Positions 1 to 7,496 of a stretch of 9,958 nt of DNA are shown here, in pieces. The position numbers and the translations under genes were made by a program. The notes under the pieces were generated by a model, which did not search any database, had not been told where the DNA came from, and saw only the letters and a list, made by a program, of their open reading frames with translations. This stretch comes from Zestosphaera tikiterensis (GTDB lineage Archaea; Thermoproteota; Thermoprotei_A; Sulfolobales; NBVN01), in the NCBI GenBank assembly GCA_003056265.1, contig NBVN01000019.1, positions 1 through 9,958 of the forward strand, written 5' to 3'. How positions within the stretch are numbered: position 1 is the stretch's first letter; every line of letters starts with the position of its first letter.

Positions 1-27
1 TACGCGTTAATTCTCGCGTGGGAGAAG
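1..27 (-). CRISPR. Probable partial leader-proximal spacer of a CRISPR array continuing leftward out of the window
   Basis: Lies directly outside the repeat-like 25-mer at 28-52. It is not low-complexity (contains CGCG), unlike the leader. Its would-be inverted-repeat partner (9959-9985) is beyond the window, so spacer status is inferred, not shown. Confidence 0.4.
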
Positions 28-52
28 CTTTCAATTCATTCTTTTTTGATAC
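28..52 (-). CRISPR. Putative first CRISPR repeat unit of the left array; minus strand reads GTATCAAAAAAGAATGAATTGAAAG
   Basis: Ends in GAATTGAAAG, the 3' terminus typical of crenarchaeal repeats (source of the 8-nt AUUGAAAG crRNA 5' handle). An identical inverted copy lies at 9934-9958, and a full cas gene set is adjacent. Only one unit per side is visible, so the inner boundary (52) is approximate. Confidence 0.55.
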
Positions 53-186
53 TGAGGTTTTGTGTGGTTTTTCTGTGTGTTTCCCTCCTTTTTCATATTT
101 TCTAATGTTGTTTTATATGTTTTTATTTAGTGGAATTTAATCAGTCATGAAAACACCACCCACAACATTCCACCAAAACAAAAATT
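53..186 (-). promoter_or_regulatory. Putative CRISPR leader of the left array (transcription leftward)
   Basis: About 134 nt of AT-rich, low-complexity non-coding sequence between a repeat-like unit and the cas genes. It is duplicated in inverted orientation at 9800-9933. Confidence 0.55.
111..118 (-). promoter_or_regulatory. Candidate TATA box (ATATAAAA on the minus strand) of the left leader promoter
   Basis: Best match to an archaeal TATA element within the leader, about 60 nt upstream of the repeat unit. Predicted only. Confidence 0.3.
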
Positions 187-221
187 AAATGTGTAGGTTT
201 GAGATTTGTTAGGGTGATTGT

Positions 222-515
222 TTGGAGGCTGTTATTTTGGTTGTTTATGATATTAGGGATGATAAGTTAAGGTTGGTTGTTTCTAAATTTTTGAAGAGGT
301 TGGGGTTTACTAGGATTCAAAAGAGTGTTTTTGTTCGTGAGTATGATAAGGGTTTGTTTTCTAGTGTTGAGGGTGGGTTGAGGAGGATTGTTAAGGGTTG
401 GGTTAACTTCGATATTCAAGTTTTTGTTATTTCTCGTTCCTCGTTTAATGAGAGGGTAGTTATTAGTGAGGGTTATCGCTTAAGTGAGTTTGATGATGAG
501 GAGTTTCTTATATGA
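222..515 (+). CDS. cas2: Cas2 (adaptation endoribonuclease-fold protein)
   Basis: 97 aa. N-terminal beta strand VILVVYDI with the conserved Asp, QKSVF motif, and size typical of Cas2. TTG start preceded by GGTGA at 213-217. Lies 35 nt inside the left leader boundary. Confidence 0.9.
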   Translation: MEAVILVVYDIRDDKLRLVVSKFLKRLGFTRIQKSVFVREYDKGLFSSVEGGLRRIVKGWVNFDIQVFVISRSSFNERVVISEGYRLSEFDDEEFLI

Positions 516-1107
516 GAGCTCCTTTATATGGACAATACGGTTTGTAGTTGCATGAACCGCACTTAGCTTTGGGCTTTGGTTCTTTCTTACCTTTTATTAT
601 GTCCTCTACCTTCTTTAAGGTTCTATATATTTCCTTCTTTAGGGAGTAATCTATCGCAACCTCCACATAAACTCCTTTAGGCTTTAGGTAGTAGATAACT
701 CCCCGCTTTACTGAAGGCCTTAAATGTGTCCACCCCTTCTCTAATAGTAGAGCGTAAGCAGCAAGTTGAATTACATGATCTTTCTTAGGCCTTCCACTAA
801 TTAACGGTTCAGACCACTTAACCTCGACGGGAATTATCTCATTATGCTTAGTTATAAGAACGTAGTCAACTACGCCGGTAAGCCTCAACTCTTTAGAAGT
901 TAAAGCAACACTTCTAAAGACTTCCTTAACCTTATACTTCGGGTAAAGCTGCTGAATAAACTTCTCTTTCTCAATCTCCTTACCGTACTCCATATACTCA
1001 GTTTCAGACTCCTCAACACCTAAGAAATGAGTTAAGTAAACTATCACTTCACAGTAAGCAAAGTGCTTTAAATCAGTTACTGTAATTAACCACTCACCCT
1101 CACTCAT
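508..1107 (-). CDS. cas4: Cas4 (RecB-like nuclease with 4-Cys cluster)
   Basis: 199 aa. N-terminal Cys19 plus C-terminal CGSCNYKPYC. RecB motifs GVVDYV, PVEVKW and QLAAYALLL. ATG start at 1107. The 3' end overlaps the cas2 3' end by 8 nt (convergent). Confidence 0.9.
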   Translation of the reverse strand: MSEGEWLITVTDLKHFAYCEVIVYLTHFLGVEESETEYMEYGKEIEKEKFIQQLYPKYKVKEVFRSVALTSKELRLTGVVDYVLITKHNEIIPVEVKWSEPLISGRPKKDHVIQLAAYALLLEKGWTHLRPSVKRGVIYYLKPKGVYVEVAIDYSLKKEIYRTLKKVEDIIKGKKEPKPKAKCGSCNYKPYCPYKGALI

Positions 1108-1240
1108 CTAAACACTCTCAACAACTAGCTTACCTCGTAGTTAATAATTAACTGCACCAAGCCTTAAGTCATATGTTTTTATAGCTTTTTAAAGCTATTC
1201 ATTTATCGGTGGGAAAACGTTCTTTACGATAGAGGATTTA
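1108..1240. promoter_or_regulatory. Divergent promoter region for cas4 (-) and csa1-cas1 (+)
   Basis: 133-nt AT-rich intergenic spacer. TATA-like TTTTTATA at 1176-1183 (+) with GAGG at 1232-1235 before the GTG at 1241. TATA-like TAATTATTAA on the minus strand at 1141-1150 upstream of cas4. Confidence 0.5.
1181..1198. promoter_or_regulatory. 18-bp palindrome ATAGCTTT-TT-AAAGCTAT overlapping the csa1 TATA element; candidate operator
   Basis: Perfect 8-bp arms with a 2-nt spacer, read directly from the sequence. Position is 43-60 nt upstream of the csa1 start. Confidence 0.4.
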
Positions 1241-2143
1241 GTGGCTTTATCTAAAGAGATGAGGAGACTACCCAAACCTGAAATAGATGAAGAACTTCGA
1301 GGTTGGTCTTACAGCGAAGGAGTTCTAGCCTCACAAACTAAGGTGTTATTAGGAGTTTCAGATATAACGAGTAACTTCTGCCCTAACGGAAGGGATGTAT
1401 ACTTAAGGTACGTGAAGAAAATCCCACCTAAGGACAACCAAATACTACAGAAAGGTAGGTTAATACATGAAATTTGGACGAAATCTCTAGAACTCATTAA
1501 GAAAACGCTTTACGCTATCGGCGAGGACTTAGATGGTGAAACACTATACAAAGAGATAATGAATAAAGAGGAGATTATGGAAGATGAAGCCGTCAATAAA
1601 TATAATCTCTTAGATAAGGATTACATTAAGTGGCTAGTCCATAAGATTTTAGACTCAGCGGCAAGGACATACTCTTCAGCTTTAGATAGGCATAAAGCAC
1701 GATCACCGTATATAACCCTAGACGGCTTAGTTTACCTAACCATACCGCTGATAACGGAATTCCCTATAAACGGTGAACGCCTAGGCCTAAGCAAGACTTT
1801 ACGAATAGACGCTCTCGCCCCACCATCTGTGATAATAGAGGTTAAGTCCAGACCCCCAAGCGAGGTTTTTGAAGCATCACTCGCTGGCTATGCGTTAGCT
1901 TTCGAAAGCGAATATGAAGTCCCGGTAGATTATGGCGTTTTACTCTACGTAAACGTAGTTGATAGTGAGAGAAAGATCTTCTCCAGAGCTAAGTTGGTAC
2001 CTATCTCAGCACAACTCAGGACCAGCTTTGTGGAGTTACGGGATAGAAGGACTGAGATAATTATTTATGAAGAGGATCCAGGCATTGCCGGTACCTGCCC
2101 TACAGAATGTCCATACCTGAAGTACTGCAGAAGTGGTGAGTAG
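1241..2143 (+). CDS. csa1: Csa1 (Cas4-family, subtype I-A-specific RecB-like nuclease)
   Basis: 300 aa. RIDAL and IIEVKS (D...ExK) nuclease motifs, LAGYALAFE, N-terminal Cys (NFCPNG) and C-terminal CPTECPYLKYC. GTG start. Sits immediately upstream of cas1, as in I-A loci. Confidence 0.85.
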   Translation: MALSKEMRRLPKPEIDEELRGWSYSEGVLASQTKVLLGVSDITSNFCPNGRDVYLRYVKKIPPKDNQILQKGRLIHEIWTKSLELIKKTLYAIGEDLDGETLYKEIMNKEEIMEDEAVNKYNLLDKDYIKWLVHKILDSAARTYSSALDRHKARSPYITLDGLVYLTIPLITEFPINGERLGLSKTLRIDALAPPSVIIEVKSRPPSEVFEASLAGYALAFESEYEVPVDYGVLLYVNVVDSERKIFSRAKLVPISAQLRTSFVELRDRRTEIIIYEEDPGIAGTCPTECPYLKYCRSGE

Positions 2144-2146
2144 GGC

Positions 2147-3172
2147 TTGAGCGGGGGCCGTAGGATTTTATTCATAGATAAGTATGGGGCGGTATTAGGA
2201 GCTAAGGAGGGAGTTTTCGAAGTTAGAGTTAAGGAGGGTAGTGAGTGGAAGGTGCTAGCTCAAGTTCCTTTCTCTTTAGTTGAGTCCATAGTCGTAGTCG
2301 TTGATGGTGTGTCGATAACAGCTGCCGCTATTAAACTCGCCGGAAGATACGGGATAGACTTAAGCTTCATATTTTCAAATAAACCAGCTGCGAGGCTTAT
2401 ACCAGCAACTTACGGGGGGTCTATGGAGTTATGGGTCAAGCAGATAAAACAATCTCTAAATAAAGCTAGAAGAGCTGAAATAGCTAAGAGCATCGTTGAA
2501 GGTAAGATAAACAATCAGAAAGCTATTTTAAAAACTTTCATGAAGAGTTCCTTAGTTGCTGGGAAGGAAATCCCTGAAGTTAGGGAAGCTATAAATCAGC
2601 TCGAGGAAGAAATTGCTAAAGTCAAGCACGTTAGCGATTGGAAGGAAGCTGGAAGGATAGAAGCGAATGCCGCCTACATATATTGGAAAGCTGTTAAGGA
2701 ATTAATACCTAAGAAGTTAGGGTTTACGAGAAGGCTTAAGAAATGGGATTTAAAACCGGGTGAGAAACCAGACCCCGTTAATGCCGCTTTAAATGTAGGT
2801 TACGCAGCATTGGCTAGGGAGGTATGGAAAGCTGTGTTTACAGCCGGGCTTAACCCATACATAGGATTCCTTCACGCAAGAAGACCAGGTAGAATGAGCT
2901 TAGTCTATGATCTAATGGAGGAGTTTAGACCTATAGTTGTTGACAGGGTTGTAATAAAGAAAGCTAGAAATAACCCTCAAGAACTCGTGAAGCTCAACTC
3001 AGATCAGGAAGACATTAGAAAAGAAGCGGTTAAGGCTTTATGGAGGGACATAAATGAATGGTTAAAAACATCGAAACCGCCATTAGCCAACTTAATAACT
3101 TCTCAAGCAAGGAAATTCGCGAAAGCAATAAGAGAGAAAAACGCCTACACACCATTTAAAGCTAAGTGGTGA
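2147..3172 (+). CDS. cas1: Cas1 integrase
   Basis: 341 aa. Canonical C-terminal domain motifs NAALNVGYAAL and GFLHARRPGRMSLVYDLMEEFRP. TTG start 3 nt after the csa1 stop, with GGTGA at 2135-2139. Confidence 0.95.
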   Translation: MSGGRRILFIDKYGAVLGAKEGVFEVRVKEGSEWKVLAQVPFSLVESIVVVVDGVSITAAAIKLAGRYGIDLSFIFSNKPAARLIPATYGGSMELWVKQIKQSLNKARRAEIAKSIVEGKINNQKAILKTFMKSSLVAGKEIPEVREAINQLEEEIAKVKHVSDWKEAGRIEANAAYIYWKAVKELIPKKLGFTRRLKKWDLKPGEKPDPVNAALNVGYAALAREVWKAVFTAGLNPYIGFLHARRPGRMSLVYDLMEEFRPIVVDRVVIKKARNNPQELVKLNSDQEDIRKEAVKALWRDINEWLKTSKPPLANLITSQARKFAKAIREKNAYTPFKAKW

Positions 3173-3942
3173 CTCAACGAATAAAGTCTTATAAAGTCTC
3201 GAGCGGCTTTACCGAAGTCCGACCTAGCTTCACCTCTGTTAATCGAGGCAGAGTAATAATCAGCAACTACGAGACCTTGCTCATTAAGCAAAAATAACTG
3301 CCTTATCTTAGGTTTTGCTTCAAACCATACCCTATTCCATAAACCCGTATAGATACCACCGCATGTCTTGCTCGCTATCTCATTTAACTTAACGCCACTT
3401 ACACTTCTTAGGAATTCCTCATTTTTAAAGTTTGCTATTATATCACGTAGTTCTTTATCTTCTAAAACGTTGTTAACTTCCATTTCCCGAAGGAATAGCT
3501 CGATAGTGTCTTCATTAACCTCCTTTTGAGCGAATGGCTCCTTAGTAAGATCTTCACATCTGTTGAAGATACGCATGGGGTGGTGGTGATTAATTACTGA
3601 AAACGTTATTACATCCCATTCCTCGGAAGGTAGCTTAAGCACACTTTCATCGACGGTATGCGTGAACTTATGTATTAACCAAGCCGACACAACTTCATGA
3701 CCTCTAAAGCTTAAGTCTTTGTTAGGATTGAAGAAGTGTTGATTATAGACTACTTTACCTACGTCATGTAGAACTACACTTAAGCTTAGCATTAACGGGA
3801 AGTTCCTACTTAACCTTAAACCATAGCTCAATACTTTTTCCATGTTTTTAACTGCTTTTAATGCTTCACGGATATGCTCACTTAAGGTTTCCTTACGTAG
3901 CACTCCATCTTCTCTCGAGTAGTAAGAATAGATAGGTGTCAT
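3145..3942 (-). CDS. cas3'': Cas3'' HD-domain nuclease (split Cas3)
   Basis: 265 aa. HD-family motifs LSEHI, VVLHDVGK, RGHEV and INHHHP. ATGA overlap with the upstream cas3'. The 3' end overlaps the cas1 3' end by 28 nt. Confidence 0.9.
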   Translation of the reverse strand: MTPIYSYYSREDGVLRKETLSEHIREALKAVKNMEKVLSYGLRLSRNFPLMLSLSVVLHDVGKVVYNQHFFNPNKDLSFRGHEVVSAWLIHKFTHTVDESVLKLPSEEWDVITFSVINHHHPMRIFNRCEDLTKEPFAQKEVNEDTIELFLREMEVNNVLEDKELRDIIANFKNEEFLRSVSGVKLNEIASKTCGGIYTGLWNRVWFEAKPKIRQLFLLNEQGLVVADYYSASINRGEARSDFGKAARDFIRLYSLSHHLALNGV

Positions 3943-5561
3943 AGAAGACCTACCTCCTTATCGTAAGTGCCCCTAACGGTAAATTTAACGCCTTTAAGGG
4001 ATTTGATTAACGCGTCTCTAACGTTTTTAGGACATTCGACAGGCTCTTTATTTACGCACCTCCTACTTAGGAAGTTATAATCAACGACTAACTCAACCCC
4101 GTCCTCCGTAACTACTGTGAAAAGAGCGCCTTCCCTAACTAAAGAACCTTCCATATCTAGAAGTAGTTTAATGGCAGACTCTGAAGCCCTACTTGGGTTA
4201 AACCAGATTTTCATGATCTTACTTAATAAAGCTCTATTGAATTGTGGAACTTCCGTATAGATGCTGTTTAAGAAGTCTTCATAATCTATGTGAAGGTTTA
4301 AATCCTGATTTTCGCTAAGGTAATTCACAGTTTCTCGGACTAAACCCGCATCATATACTTTATAACGTTCCTTCCCGTCCAGCTCATTTTCCTCATACCA
4401 GATGTAGGCACATCGTTCATAGTCTGAGCACTTCTCACCCTCTCTTCTAAGAAATCTACCAAACCTCTGTACTAAGGAGTTAGGCGGGGCTACTTCAGTA
4501 ATTATTAAATCGGTCGATATATCAAGACCTGCTTCAACAACTTGCGTAGTTATTATTACTTTATAAGGACTCTCGTCAGATCTAACCTCAGCAACTCTTT
4601 TTCTCTTATCTTCTTCAGTTAACCTAGAGTGGATGATTATCTTTTCAGTGCTTGGAAGTAATTGATAAAACTTAACCGCATCTTCAACGGTGTTAAATAT
4701 TACTAAAGCTTTACGGAAGCTGGAGCTGGTTAGAAAGGATTTAACCTCTTCAAATTTAGTCTCGCTCTTTAGAGGTTTTAAATTAATCTTATATCTCTTA
4801 TTTAATCGTTCTTCATAAAACACGGGGTCATCATCTTTCTTCATAGAGAGTTCTCTTACTTTAATGGGTGGTGTGAATCCCTCAACTACGTCTTTAATGG
4901 ATTGAATGAAGTTGTTAGGCATGGTAGCGGACATGAAGATTAATTGATTCCCTACTTGGCTACTTATCCATAACATAGCCGCTAGAAAACTTAAGGACTT
5001 AGAGGTATCGTAAAGTAGGTGTACCTCATCTAAGACTATAGTTGAAAGCCAGACAGAAGCCCAGGAGAAGAGGTAGTGACCTAAGCTCTTATGGATAGAG
5101 TCGTGAATACTTTCAAAAACTTTAGATATGTCTTCCGGTGAGATCCCAATCGCTGTTAAGGACAGCGTGTCGATGGTGGATAAGGTTACTGGGTGAATCA
5201 AATACGGGGATTCCCTCACACCCATCATTCTAATACCGACTACCTCCTCAAGGTTAGGCATTAACGACTTATAGAATTCCTTAAACTTTATTGCTTGATC
5301 CTCAACCAAGGCTTTAAGAGGGTATGAAACTATCGACTTATAACCATTTATTAAGGAGTCGAGCGATACAATCATGGATAGAGCTGTTTTGCCATAGCCT
5401 GTTGGTGCGGTAATGAATACTCTTTCATCAGGTTCCAAACGTTCAAGCTCATCTATAGCGTATCTTAAGAAAGGCCTAGATCTATATTTAGAGGGGTGTT
5501 TCTCTTTGAAATATTTATCTATGGTTTCGTAAAGAACCTTGAAGCTATGTTTAAATACCAT
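3939..5561 (-). CDS. cas3': Cas3' superfamily-2 helicase (split Cas3)
   Basis: 540 aa. Walker A APTGYGKT, DEVH box VLDEVH, SAT motif and motif VI QRFGRFLRR. No HD domain. Confidence 0.92.
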   Translation of the reverse strand: MVFKHSFKVLYETIDKYFKEKHPSKYRSRPFLRYAIDELERLEPDERVFITAPTGYGKTALSMIVSLDSLINGYKSIVSYPLKALVEDQAIKFKEFYKSLMPNLEEVVGIRMMGVRESPYLIHPVTLSTIDTLSLTAIGISPEDISKVFESIHDSIHKSLGHYLFSWASVWLSTIVLDEVHLLYDTSKSLSFLAAMLWISSQVGNQLIFMSATMPNNFIQSIKDVVEGFTPPIKVRELSMKKDDDPVFYEERLNKRYKINLKPLKSETKFEEVKSFLTSSSFRKALVIFNTVEDAVKFYQLLPSTEKIIIHSRLTEEDKRKRVAEVRSDESPYKVIITTQVVEAGLDISTDLIITEVAPPNSLVQRFGRFLRREGEKCSDYERCAYIWYEENELDGKERYKVYDAGLVRETVNYLSENQDLNLHIDYEDFLNSIYTEVPQFNRALLSKIMKIWFNPSRASESAIKLLLDMEGSLVREGALFTVVTEDGVELVVDYNFLSRRCVNKEPVECPKNVRDALIKSLKGVKFTVRGTYDKEVGLL

Positions 5562-6676
5562 CCGCTTACACCACCTGAGGCTTTATATGCTTCCATGAGT
5601 TCCCTATAATACTTAGTTAAGAAGGAGTAGTTGCCTGTAGTGGCAAACGCATACAAATGCTTTAAAGCTAAGTAAGCATGTTGGCCTTCACCTGTAGGAT
5701 CATCCCCTCGTAAGAACCTTGAAATCGCTGGTGTTAAGTCCTTAATGCTTTCATGCAAAGCCTCAACTAGGTCTAAGTTCTCGTATATTTTCTGCTTGAC
5801 GTATATATTTAAAGGTACGTCATTATACACTTTATATGTGTTCCCCTCAAGTCTAATTCTTAGTAACCTAAAGCTAACTACCGAACCCAATTCTCTATTG
5901 TTTATCTCCTTAATTAACTCAGCATTGAATAATATAGATAAAGTCACCACTTCCTCAGACCAATTCTTTAACGTAGATATGGTTTCAAATAATTCCTTAA
6001 CAGCGTCGTCCTTGACGTTAGTGTAAACATCAGGTCTTTCTAAAGCTTGAGGCATGAGTGAAGTATCGTAAAGTAGGAAGTAGAAGTCCTCTCTGTTAAC
6101 GTCAGCTATTAAAGAGGATGTCAAACCTAAGAAGAACAAATAGGTAGCCGGTAGGTCTGAATATAGAGTTACCTGCTCTTTTATCAGCCCTAATTCTAAA
6201 CTAGCTACGCCTTGATATCTATCGGTTTTCATTACTTGAAATGAATATCCACGCTGTTTAGCTTTAGAAGAATCTTTTAGGAACTCCTCACTACCTATTA
6301 ACTGCATATCTGAGGATATTTTATGAGAAACTGAAATTTCCTTAAGCTCCAACTTTTTAAGGCACTCTATAAAAACGTTGAATAATCCTTTCTTTTCTTT
6401 CTCAGAACTTGAAGCTCGGGCGTCTTTACATAGATTTAATACTTTATTGACGCTTTTCATATCATTTCCTACGAATCTAAAGGTAAGCTGTTTATTCTTC
6501 AGCTTGTCTTCTAACTCAGACCAAACCTTGTTTAAGCATTTAGCATTAACTTCATGCGGGCATTTAGACCGTATCTTAAGTAAGCCTTCAAGCAAAAATG
6601 AAGTGAGTAGAGACGGGCTTGGCGGTATGTTAACTTCAACTTTCGCTTTCGATTCATTTTCTGATGCTGGGTTCAA
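5519..6676 (-). CDS. cas8a: Putative Cas8a-type large subunit (Csa4/Cas8a2 slot)
   Basis: 385 aa ORF between cas5 and cas3', the position occupied by csa4/cas8a2 in some I-A operons, and the size fits. I recognise no diagnostic motif by eye. TTG start overlaps the cas5 end by 23 nt; the 3' end overlaps the cas3' start by 43 nt. Confidence 0.5.
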   Translation of the reverse strand: MNPASENESKAKVEVNIPPSPSLLTSFLLEGLLKIRSKCPHEVNAKCLNKVWSELEDKLKNKQLTFRFVGNDMKSVNKVLNLCKDARASSSEKEKKGLFNVFIECLKKLELKEISVSHKISSDMQLIGSEEFLKDSSKAKQRGYSFQVMKTDRYQGVASLELGLIKEQVTLYSDLPATYLFFLGLTSSLIADVNREDFYFLLYDTSLMPQALERPDVYTNVKDDAVKELFETISTLKNWSEEVVTLSILFNAELIKEINNRELGSVVSFRLLRIRLEGNTYKVYNDVPLNIYVKQKIYENLDLVEALHESIKDLTPAISRFLRGDDPTGEGQHAYLALKHLYAFATTGNYSFLTKYYRELMEAYKASGGVSGWYLNIASRFFTKP

Positions 6677-7496
6677 GACCTATAACCACCTCATCACGCA
6701 TTTTATAACCTGCTAATCCGTTGCTAAGCTTAACTACGGCTTTGAATTCCTCGCCACCTAGTGGTAAGCCTATGATGTACTTAACTATGTCTTCGCTTTC
6801 GGGCTCCACCGTGCTTGTGATGTATAGTTTTGCGGGCGGTTCGGTAAGAGGCTTCCTATATATGTTAACGAAGTACTCCGTTATGTACATGCCTTCTATA
6901 CGTTGAATTTCTGTACCTCTTAATAAAGGTATTGAGTGATTTACCCCCGATATAGTCAATCCATCGTTTGCTGATGGCTTACCGACTTTCTGAGGCGTGA
7001 TTTCAACCACGTCCACCACAGACACCAGACTTTCCTTAGATCCTATTCTCTTTATTTTCCATAGGTCTTCAGGCTTGAGCTCTATTAAGTCATCAACTAT
7101 TAAAGCTACCCTAAGCGTTGGAGGTGAATCATCTACAGAAACTAACACTGTCTTCCCACGTGCTGGAGCATCAAAAGATCCGTAAGGATCTTTAACAGAT
7201 GGGTAATTAACCCCACCCCTCTGACCAACGGCTAAGACTCTGTTGATGTCTTGATAGGTCATAGGTATAGCGTTTAGTGACCTATACGATAAAGCGATTA
7301 AGTGAGTGGAGATTTCATTTAAGGTCTTCAGGAAGTCGCCTTCCCCTCTCATCTTTCTTATTGAGTATGCTTCTGTTATGGCTCCCAATATTGTTGAAGG
7401 TGGTGGGTATGGAAAGGATGAAGATGTTTTACTCATTCCAGCTATCCTAGCTTGAAAGCCCCACATAAATTCAATGTCTATCAAGTAACCCCGCAT
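6654..7496 (-). CDS. cas5: Cas5a (RAMP, Cascade subunit)
   Basis: 280 aa. The N-terminus has the Cas5 signature FPYPPPSTILGAITEAY. Its ATG overlaps the cas7 stop (TAATG). Confidence 0.85.
   Translation of the reverse strand: MRGYLIDIEFMWGFQARIAGMSKTSSSFPYPPPSTILGAITEAYSIRKMRGEGDFLKTLNEISTHLIALSYRSLNAIPMTYQDINRVLAVGQRGGVNYPSVKDPYGSFDAPARGKTVLVSVDDSPPTLRVALIVDDLIELKPEDLWKIKRIGSKESLVSVVDVVEITPQKVGKPSANDGLTISGVNHSIPLLRGTEIQRIEGMYITEYFVNIYRKPLTEPPAKLYITSTVEPESEDIVKYIIGLPLGGEEFKAVVKLSNGLAGYKMRDEVVIGLEPSIRK

Larger units (their letters stand above)
28..186. repeat. Left arm of a 159-bp inverted repeat (partner 9800-9958)
   Basis: Hand alignment: position x pairs with 9986-x. 157/159 positions are complementary; the only mismatches are 83-84 vs 9902-9903. 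Identity stops at 186/187. The outer limit is set by the right window edge and may not be biological. Confidence 0.97.

Noticed and set aside
233-242. 10-mer TATTTTGGTT in cas2, also present in the reverse complement of csa3 (9643-9652), as a hint that the inverted repeat once extended further
   Set aside because: The offsets from the repeat boundaries differ (47 vs 148 nt). With such skewed composition, about one exact 10-mer match between two 300-nt segments is expected by chance.
1309-1497. 62-aa minus-strand ORF inside csa1
   Set aside because: It is antisense to a motif-supported gene, short and without features, so it is a shadow ORF.
5519-5561. The 43-nt cas8a/cas3' overlap and the 23-nt cas5/cas8a overlap, as signs of a frameshift or pseudogenisation
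   Set aside because: Both ORFs are full length with intact motifs (Walker A follows shortly after the cas3' start). Overlaps of this size fit the tight coupling seen through the whole operon (TAATG and ATGA junctions).
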